Source: an uncultured Lachnospiraceae bacterium (GTDB lineage Bacteria > Bacillota > Clostridia > Oscillospirales > CAG-272). Taken from it: a stretch of DNA of 42,635 nt. The position numbers and the translations under genes were made by a program. The notes below the pieces were generated by a model. It did no database searches and had not been told where the DNA came from. It worked only from the letters and a program-made list of their open reading frames with translations. Positions 32,778-39,473 of the stretch are shown piece by piece (position 1 is the first letter of the stretch; each line of letters opens with the position of its first letter). The stretch spans positions 1-42,635 of the forward strand of contig CAYULZ010000001.1 of the NCBI GenBank assembly GCA_964445865.1, read 5' to 3'.

Positions 32778-35234
32778 ATGGGAAAGTACAAATTATTCAA
32801 TCAACAAATCGAATTTTCGGATGCAGAAGAACGATTATATGACATTTACTATAGATCGATTCAAGCTGCCAGCAATGCAACAACAGAATTTTATAAATGG
32901 TATTACGGATGCGGAGATATTTTAACTGTATTAAAAAATTATAAAAAGACGGCATCTTCGCTTGTAGTAAAGTATGCAAACCAGCCTCTTTTTGAAGAAC
33001 TGACTTCGTTAGAAATATATGATGTCAGCGAAGATCGTTATGATGATAATTGCTTTAGTTTGGAAGAAGTTTATTCGGCATTTAACGAAATAGCAGGAAA
33101 ATATGATGATATAATAGCCGAACAAGAAGCGGCTGAAGAATACAGAGCAGAAAGAAAAGCTTCCAGAGGTAGAGTTGTTGGTGGTGGCTTTGGCGTAGGC
33201 GGTGCAATAAAAGGAATGGCAACGGCGGGCGCAATGAATGCTATTTCTGGAATGGGACACAGTATCGCCAATGCGATTGGTAATGCAAGTAGTGCGGCTA
33301 CAGCAGCATCAGACAAAAAAGCTCTATATAAAAATGATGATACCTGTATAGTTTTGGCAAAAGCTATTCATTTAGATATTATATCCTGTTATTTTTCTCA
33401 TGTAGATTTTATAAATCAATTAAAAGATGATTATTTTGTAGATTCATTTGATTTGGATAGAGCCGGGGCACTCTTTGATAGTGCGAAAAAAGTCGAACAA
33501 AAACGTGTAGAATTATTGATTGAATCCTTTGTTAATTATCCTTGGAATGAAGAATTGCTGATTTATATATTTAAAGAATACAAGCAAGAAAGAAGAAATG
33601 TGTGGGAAATAGCCAAGCGGTTTCACATTGATCTTACAGAGATAGCAGAGGAAGTATTTGCCAATGATTATGCATCAACAGGAAAAACTTCCGAGATAGC
33701 GGCGCAGACTGTAAAAAAAGAGATATTATCTCAAATGAAAGTGTTTGGAATTCAGAAGAGCGAAACCATAGATACCATAGAGAAAGACGGCATAAGACGC
33801 ATTTTAAAGGAATACGATACTGCGAACCATATTTTGCGTCAAACAATATTTGACGAGATTGAAAAATATGATGCCTCGTTAGAAAACAAAGCTACTGTTA
33901 TTCATGATATGGGAGTTTGGGAAATAGCTAGTAAATACTCTGTAAAATTTACCGAACAAGAAGCAGAAGTTATCATGGCAAAATATTACAACCATGAAGC
34001 CCAAAAAACAGAAGCAAAAGCGTTAAAAGCAAAAGCCCAAATAAAAGAGATTATGACAGCGTTGGAACTAGTGGAAAGTGAAACATACAATACGCTTGAA
34101 AAAGATTGCTTACGCCGACTTTGTGGTGATGTATCAACTGCCGATGAAACGATCTGTAATGAAATCCTTTCTAAAATTCAAGCATACGATGCCCTTGAAA
34201 AAAACAAGGAAGAATCTATACAACTGGTCAAGTCACGGATTGAGCAAATATGGTCTTCCGAAGATGGTGCGCTGTTTGACAACCTATATATGAATACAGA
34301 CATATATAATCTTAATGAGGTTAATAAGAGCCTTGAATATGTTAGACAAAATGGAAGGACAGCTAACTCACAAAAATATTTATTAGCGTTGTCTCAATGC
34401 AATGATGAAACTATCAAAAAGGCATTTAGATACAAATCCAAGTATGCCAAGGTTATTATTGCCATAGGTTGTTGCTTTGCAATATTTACAGCAATATCTT
34501 TGCTTTTGGGAATTGGATTTTTAGGAACGGTAGCATCATTGATTCTTAGTATCGTGTTCTTTATTCATTACAATAGTTTGAAAAAAGCATGGGATGTGCT
34601 AACCCTTGATGGAACAGTGATGCATAAGGCATTTTCGGAGAAAAGAAAGCGACAAAAAAGTAATGGCTCGTATGTTTCGAAAAAAATGAAATTTAAGCCT
34701 CTTGTTTTGATAGGGGGAATTGCAATTATTCTTTTCATTGTAGCATGGCTTAACTTTTTCGATGAGCAGTCAATGAAAAAGGATTTTGATGAAGTATATG
34801 ACGCATATGTTGAAGCATCACTGAATTTTGATGAGGAAGCATTAATGGAACTTGTTCATGAGTCATATTATAATCGTGTTATTGACAGTGGTCGAGTAGA
34901 TAGTAAAACGGATTTTCTAAATGTTTTACAGCATTATTTTGATAGTTACGAGAATTCTGTAACATATGTTATTGAAACCGATTCTTCTGCAAAATATGTT
35001 GCTGAACTTTACAAGATTAAAGATGTTGATATGAATGACACGTTTGAACTTGCGAAATTAAGTGATACATGCGGATATATAGCAGATGATATTCAAGAGG
35101 CGAAACGTGTAACTGTGAATTACAGTATCATGTCCCAAGATGGCTCTAAAATTCTTTACACCGATTTTCACTTTCTTTTTATTAAAGTTGATGGTGGTTG
35201 GTATTTAGGAGAAATACCTGCTTTATCTTGGTAA
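32778..35234 (+). CDS. 818-aa protein of unknown function: cytoplasmic helical region with a glycine-zipper segment and internal repeats, 3 TM segments, C-terminal NTF2/DUF4878-like domain
   Basis: ATG 32778 behind TAGGAGAAAG. Gly-rich segment GRVVGGGFGVGGAIKGMATAGAMNAISGMGHSIANAIGNA. Repeat units ...TIEKDGIRRILKEYDTAN...EIEKYDASLENK and ...TLEKDCLRRLCGDVSTAD...KIQAYDALEKNK. TM segments VIIAIGCCFAIFTAISLLLGIGFLGTVASLILSIVFFI and LVLIGGIAIILFIVAWLNFF. Very AT-rich. Confidence 0.7.
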   Translation: MGKYKLFNQQIEFSDAEERLYDIYYRSIQAASNATTEFYKWYYGCGDILTVLKNYKKTASSLVVKYANQPLFEELTSLEIYDVSEDRYDDNCFSLEEVYSAFNEIAGKYDDIIAEQEAAEEYRAERKASRGRVVGGGFGVGGAIKGMATAGAMNAISGMGHSIANAIGNASSAATAASDKKALYKNDDTCIVLAKAIHLDIISCYFSHVDFINQLKDDYFVDSFDLDRAGALFDSAKKVEQKRVELLIESFVNYPWNEELLIYIFKEYKQERRNVWEIAKRFHIDLTEIAEEVFANDYASTGKTSEIAAQTVKKEILSQMKVFGIQKSETIDTIEKDGIRRILKEYDTANHILRQTIFDEIEKYDASLENKATVIHDMGVWEIASKYSVKFTEQEAEVIMAKYYNHEAQKTEAKALKAKAQIKEIMTALELVESETYNTLEKDCLRRLCGDVSTADETICNEILSKIQAYDALEKNKEESIQLVKSRIEQIWSSEDGALFDNLYMNTDIYNLNEVNKSLEYVRQNGRTANSQKYLLALSQCNDETIKKAFRYKSKYAKVIIAIGCCFAIFTAISLLLGIGFLGTVASLILSIVFFIHYNSLKKAWDVLTLDGTVMHKAFSEKRKRQKSNGSYVSKKMKFKPLVLIGGIAIILFIVAWLNFFDEQSMKKDFDEVYDAYVEASLNFDEEALMELVHESYYNRVIDSGRVDSKTDFLNVLQHYFDSYENSVTYVIETDSSAKYVAELYKIKDVDMNDTFELAKLSDTCGYIADDIQEAKRVTVNYSIMSQDGSKILYTDFHFLFIKVDGGWYLGEIPALSW

Positions 35235-35246
35235 AAACCTAAAACA

Positions 35247-35278
35247 CACTCCTTGCTTTCGGGCAGGGAGTGATTTTC
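35247..35278 (+). terminator. Intrinsic terminator after the 818-aa gene
   Basis: CACTCCTTGC-TTTCGG-GCAGGGAGTG followed by ATTTTC. Confidence 0.7.
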
Positions 35279-35287
35279 TATATCTCC

Positions 35288-35427
35288 CTTATTTTCCGCA
35301 AATCTACGTATTCCCGTTCAATCCCTTATTCCACAAGGCTTTTTGACGTATTCACTCACGTATTTTCGGCGTATTTTCTGCGTATCGTATTCTCTCCAAA
35401 ATTGCTAACAAATCAATAAAGATACGC
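35288..35427 (+). repeat. Array of CGTAT(T/C) / CTTATT hexamer repeats upstream of the excisionase-type HTH gene
   Basis: CGTATT at 35307, 35347, 35359, 35370 and 35386. CGTATC at 35381. CTTATT at 35288 and 35325. An inverted ATACG at 35422. The central copies are spaced 11-12 bp apart. Confidence 0.6.
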
Positions 35428-35442
35428 AAAAGGAGAGAAAAA

Positions 35443-35643
35443 ATGACAAGTAACACAGAACGAAAATATTTGACCGTAAGTGACATTCAAAGGGAGTATC
35501 TTCCGATCAGCAAAAAGAAAATCCGCGAGCTCGTCAAGGAGCATTTGTATGTCAAGATGATAGGCAATCGTATCTACGTGGAGAGGGCGGCATTGGAAGC
35601 TTTGCTTTCCCACGGCAAGAGTCAGCGTACCGTCTTGGATTGA
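35443..35643 (+). CDS. Excisionase-family helix-turn-helix DNA-binding protein (66 aa)
   Basis: RBS AAAGGAGAG. YLTVSDIQREYLPISKKKIRELVKEHLYVKMIGNRIYVERAALEALL matches the MerR-like excisionase HTH pattern. Confidence 0.7.
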   Translation: MTSNTERKYLTVSDIQREYLPISKKKIRELVKEHLYVKMIGNRIYVERAALEALLSHGKSQRTVLD

Positions 35644-35655
35644 GTGGTGGCGACC

Positions 35656-36063
35656 ATGAAGAAAACAAAGATTCGTGCCTTGCTCATTGAGCCCATGATG
35701 CCCCCTATGGCGTACTACATCGAACCTACAATGAAAGCCTTTCGGAAGGCAGTAAAGGCGGACAAGATCAAGCATGGCGGCGTGGAAGCCAAGAAATTGG
35801 AAAAGCAGATTTATGCCATCTTCAACAAAGACCGATTTTTGGCAGACCTCCAACCTAACCGCCGCATCGGTGACAACATCATTGCAGGTACGATGTTCAT
35901 TGTAGCAACCAATGAGAAGAGCTTTCCTGTCTCGCTGAGCGACGAGCAGATGGCAAAGTATGCCTTGCGCTTTTGGAACGTGGAGGAATTTGACGAAATG
36001 GACGTGGCAGAAGCCAACTTGAACACGCTTTTTTCAAAATTCTTGATAGACGAAGAGTGGTAA
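35656..36063 (+). CDS. DUF3846-family protein
   Basis: MKKTKIRALLIEPMMPPMAYYIEPT...AIFNKDRFLADLQPNRRIGDNIIAGTMFIVATNE...VSLSDEQMAKYALRF. The start could also be GTG 35644. Confidence 0.6.
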   Translation: MKKTKIRALLIEPMMPPMAYYIEPTMKAFRKAVKADKIKHGGVEAKKLEKQIYAIFNKDRFLADLQPNRRIGDNIIAGTMFIVATNEKSFPVSLSDEQMAKYALRFWNVEEFDEMDVAEANLNTLFSKFLIDEEW

Positions 36064-36087
36064 TTTACAAATATATATTATAACCTT

Positions 36088-36127
36088 AACCGATAACATC
36101 CAAGTGGTGTTATCGGTTATTTTTTGT
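36088..36127 (+). terminator. Intrinsic terminator
   Basis: AACCGATAACA...TGTTATCGGTT stem followed by ATTTTTTG. Confidence 0.7.
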
Positions 36128-36144
36128 TGGAAAGGAGAAAGACC

Positions 36145-36486
36145 ATGGTTTACAAAATTGGGAACGTATCCGACTTGGAAAGGATACCGATTCCAGATCG
36201 GGCAACCTACGATCTGCTCTACCACTATGCAAGGGTATTGACGGACGAATATGGGAAAGACAGAAACGTTGATGAAGACGATGGCGGTTACGTTCTCTAC
36301 TGCCCGTCCGGCACGAGCATGGAAGAAATCAAAGCTTGCTTTGATCACACCAAGCATTGCGCGGAGATGGTAGACAGTTTTGGGGAGCTCTTGGCTGCCA
36401 CCTATATTTTGCACAACGAGTTTGCAGTGACCATCATTTTGTCGGCAGAGGATGCGCCGATTGAACTAATCAAAGAAATCAATTAA
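36145..36486 (+). CDS. Hypothetical protein (113 aa)
   Basis: ATG 36145 behind AAAGGAGAAAG. No recognisable motif. Confidence 0.55.
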   Translation: MVYKIGNVSDLERIPIPDRATYDLLYHYARVLTDEYGKDRNVDEDDGGYVLYCPSGTSMEEIKACFDHTKHCAEMVDSFGELLAATYILHNEFAVTIILSAEDAPIELIKEIN

Positions 36487-36499
36487 AGGAGAAATAAAA

Positions 36500-37042
36500 A
36501 TGATTACCGAAAAAGATACCATCAAATGTGAAGCCGTATTTAATGAGGACAAGACGCACCGTCTACTTTGGAAACGGGTATGGAACAAGGAAAAGCCGAT
36601 GGCCTGTGTCATCATGCTCAATCCCTGTTTGAGTGACAATATCGTGACCGATACCACTACGTCCTTGGTTGTCAATAACGTGGCTCGCTTGGAGGAGTAC
36701 GGCGGCGTAAGCATCGTGAACCTGTTCTCGCTGTTGACACCAAAACTGCACATGCGCTGGGCGCGTGACATTGACATCAACGATCTGGATAATGACAACT
36801 ACATCAAGAAAGCGGCTGACGAAGCATCGGTGGTGATCCTTGCTTGGGGCAAAGGGGCTGAGCTGAACGTACGTATCGCAAATCGAGCAAACCAAGTCCT
36901 TGAACTGCTCGCTCCCCACAAAGAAAAATTTAGAGTCATCAGCGACGGTGACAGAAAAGGCTTGCATCCCTTAACCCCAACGGTGCGTGGTAAGTGGATA
37001 CTGGAAAGCTTTGAGCCTGCTCCGAAGGATGAATCCAAATGA
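36500..37042 (+). CDS. DUF1643-family protein
   Basis: RBS AAAGGAG. ...HRLLWKRVWNKEKPMACVIMLNPCLSDNIVTDTTT...SIVNLFSLLTP...VILAWGKG...GLHPLTP matches the DUF1643 pattern (xImLNPS..D, NLF, aWG, HPL). Confidence 0.7.
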   Translation: MITEKDTIKCEAVFNEDKTHRLLWKRVWNKEKPMACVIMLNPCLSDNIVTDTTTSLVVNNVARLEEYGGVSIVNLFSLLTPKLHMRWARDIDINDLDNDNYIKKAADEASVVILAWGKGAELNVRIANRANQVLELLAPHKEKFRVISDGDRKGLHPLTPTVRGKWILESFEPAPKDESK

Positions 37043-37047
37043 GACAT

Positions 37048-37072
37048 GCTCCCACAATGACCTTGTGGGAGC
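37048..37072. other. 10-bp perfect hairpin without a U-tract, 34 nt upstream of serine recombinase 1
   Basis: GCTCCCACAA-TGACC-TTGTGGGAGC. Confidence 0.5.
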
Positions 37073-37105
37073 ACAGAAAAAAGAGAAAGGAGGCGTGAAA
37101 AGCCT

Positions 37106-38653
37106 ATGATCCGCACAGCCAATAAAGTAGCCCTCTATGCAAGATTTAGTTCGGACAATCAGCGTTCGGAGAGTATTGACGCACAGATACGAGCCATGCA
37201 AGCCTATTGTCAGCAACATAAATTTTCTATCGTGGAAACCTACATTGATGAAGCCAAGAGTGCTACCACCGATCACCGACCTGCCTTTCAGCAGATGATC
37301 AGCGATAGCAGTACCCGTAGCTTTAATATTTTGCTCGTCCACAAGCTTGACCGCTTTGCACGTAATCGCTATGACTCTGCCGTATATAAAAGAGAATTGA
37401 AGAAAAATGGCGTGACCGTGTACAGCGTTCTTGAAAATCTCGACGATTCCCCCGAAAGCATCATGATGGAGGCGGTCTTGGAGGGTATGGCGGAGTATTA
37501 CAGCCAAAACCTTGCCCGTGAAACCATGAAGGGCTTGCGTGAAAATGCTTTGCAATGCAAGCACACGGGCGGTATTCCGCCACTTGGCTATGACATCGAC
37601 CCCGTGTCCCGAAAGCTTGTCATCAATGAAGACGAGGCAAGGGCGGTTCGGCTCATATTTGAAATGTATAGCGAAGGATACGGATATTCCGCGATTCTTG
37701 ATCGCTTGCATACGCTTGGCTATCAAACGAAGGTGGGGAAGGATTTTGGAAAGAATAGCTTGTATGGCATTCTGTCAAATCCCAAGTATCAAGGTATGTA
37801 CGTCTATAACCGATGCTCAGCCAAGAGTAGCGTAGGAACGAGAAATACACACCTCTACAAAGATGATGAGGATATCGTTTTCGTTGAGGACGGTTGCCCG
37901 CAGATTGTTGACAAGGACATCTATAAAAAGGTTCAAGACAAACTCACAGAGCATAAGCACACAGGCGGTAGGGAGAACGCCAAGGAGTGCTATCTGTTGT
38001 CGGGGAAGGTTTTCTGCCGTGAATGCGGTAAGGCGATGGTAGGGAACTCACGCCATTCGGGACGCTCCAAATTGCTCCATGTGACCTATCGCTGTCCGAG
38101 CCGAAAATACAACTGTTCCAATAAGGAAATCAATCGTGACTATTTGGAAGAGTACGTGAAGAATTTGGTGGAGTCACAGATCCTCAATGCCCGTGCGCTC
38201 AAAAAGCTCCAAAAGCAGATCGAGAAGCACGCAGAAACGGCACAGATTCCCACGGAGAGCCATCGGCAACGGGAACTAAAGGAAATAGACAAGGCGCTCC
38301 GAAACGTGGCAGAAGCCATCGAAGCAGGGCTACTGACAGATGTACTTGTGGCAAGACTCAAGGAATTGGAAAAACGAAAGAAGGAGCTTTGCGACGGAGC
38401 AACGGTGGAAGAGCTCGGCAATGCCGCCATCACGATCGATACGCAGATGATACTGGCCGATTACCATGCAGTAAAAGGTTCGCCATCCTCACCTGCCTAT
38501 AAAGAGTTCCTTCGTGCCTTTGTTGGTCGCATTGAGGTCGGGGCATACTCCGTCAAGATCACCTTGAAGACAGGGCTTGATCTGTTCCCGTCGCTCGATA
38601 CCACCTATGAGGTCAGCAGACGGGAGATTTATGAAAGACGAAAGACGGGGTGA
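37106..38653 (+). CDS. Large serine recombinase (resolvase/invertase N-domain, recombinase domain, zinc ribbon, coiled coil), 515 aa
   Basis: VALYARFSSDNQRSESIDAQ (catalytic Ser motif), ...LLVHKLDRFARN...GGIPPLGYDID...CRECGKAMVG...YRCPS. Coiled-coil C-terminal region. Confidence 0.9.
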   Translation: MIRTANKVALYARFSSDNQRSESIDAQIRAMQAYCQQHKFSIVETYIDEAKSATTDHRPAFQQMISDSSTRSFNILLVHKLDRFARNRYDSAVYKRELKKNGVTVYSVLENLDDSPESIMMEAVLEGMAEYYSQNLARETMKGLRENALQCKHTGGIPPLGYDIDPVSRKLVINEDEARAVRLIFEMYSEGYGYSAILDRLHTLGYQTKVGKDFGKNSLYGILSNPKYQGMYVYNRCSAKSSVGTRNTHLYKDDEDIVFVEDGCPQIVDKDIYKKVQDKLTEHKHTGGRENAKECYLLSGKVFCRECGKAMVGNSRHSGRSKLLHVTYRCPSRKYNCSNKEINRDYLEEYVKNLVESQILNARALKKLQKQIEKHAETAQIPTESHRQRELKEIDKALRNVAEAIEAGLLTDVLVARLKELEKRKKELCDGATVEELGNAAITIDTQMILADYHAVKGSPSSPAYKEFLRAFVGRIEVGAYSVKITLKTGLDLFPSLDTTYEVSRREIYERRKTG

Positions 38654-38670
38654 TGCCCCGTCTTTTTTTG
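38643..38670. terminator. Terminator overlapping the recombinase stop codon, between convergent genes
   Basis: AGACGGGG-TGATG-CCCCGTCT followed by TTTTTTTG. Confidence 0.75.
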
Positions 38671-38687
38671 CTTAGAATTATAGCAAT

Positions 38688-39392
38688 TTACTTTTCATCG
38701 AATCCATCTAATTCATCTAATTTCTCTAACCCATATAAGTCATCAAGTTCGTCCCATTCGGTTGTTTTATTCAATTGTTTTGGCACCTCCTCCGGCTTAG
38801 GCATTTGGGCATACTTCAGAATTTCTCTCATTACTCTGGCGTGTTGCAATTGTAGCCTGATCTCTTGTCGATTGTTTTCGAATTGTTTTGCATCACGAAT
38901 AACATTGTTAAGATCATCAGCTATTTCATTGATACTCATATCGATAACATCAATATTTAACATTAAAAGCAAATAGTTATCCATATACAATGCGTCGTAA
39001 AGTCCTTCATCCCCAAAGTAATCCCTAAACAACTCTTTGGCAATACTTGCCGTCGCACCATTCACAGGTACAGCCACTAAATTCTGAGACATCACAAACA
39101 CACGGTCTTTGTAAAAGGTCACCTTTGAGCATATATCATCCCTAACCACCTGATGTATATTTTTCGTTGTTTTATATGCGTATTTTCTGCCAATTTTTAT
39201 AGCAGTACCATTTTTTTGTAGGTCTTTTAATCTTTTCGACACCGTTGGTTGAATACTTTTGATTGAATATGAGTATTCTATACCTTCGTTTTCCTTTAGT
39301 TTTACAACTGCTTCTCCTATTTCCTGTTGTGTATAAAACTTATCTTTATTATCGGATAATACTTGATCTACAAGGTATTTTAACTCTGCCAT
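38688..39392 (-). CDS. Hypothetical regulator-like protein (234 aa), possible ArgR/AhrC-like architecture with an acidic C-terminal tail
   Basis: Very AT-rich and the only reverse-strand gene in the element. KFYTQQEIGEAVVKLKENEGIEYSYSIKSIQPTVSKRLKDLQKNG...YAYK is wHTH-like. NLVAVPVNGATASIAKELF...LYMDNYLLLML resembles the ArgR C-domain pattern from memory. The tail is EWDELDDLYGLEKLDELDGFDEK. Confidence 0.5.
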   Translation of the reverse strand: MAELKYLVDQVLSDNKDKFYTQQEIGEAVVKLKENEGIEYSYSIKSIQPTVSKRLKDLQKNGTAIKIGRKYAYKTTKNIHQVVRDDICSKVTFYKDRVFVMSQNLVAVPVNGATASIAKELFRDYFGDEGLYDALYMDNYLLLMLNIDVIDMSINEIADDLNNVIRDAKQFENNRQEIRLQLQHARVMREILKYAQMPKPEEVPKQLNKTTEWDELDDLYGLEKLDELDGFDEK

Positions 39393-39473
39393 AACCCTTT
39401 TTCACTCCTGCATTGCAAAATATTATAGAAACGCCATTAGTTTTTACGATTATATTATCACAATTTATGCTCG

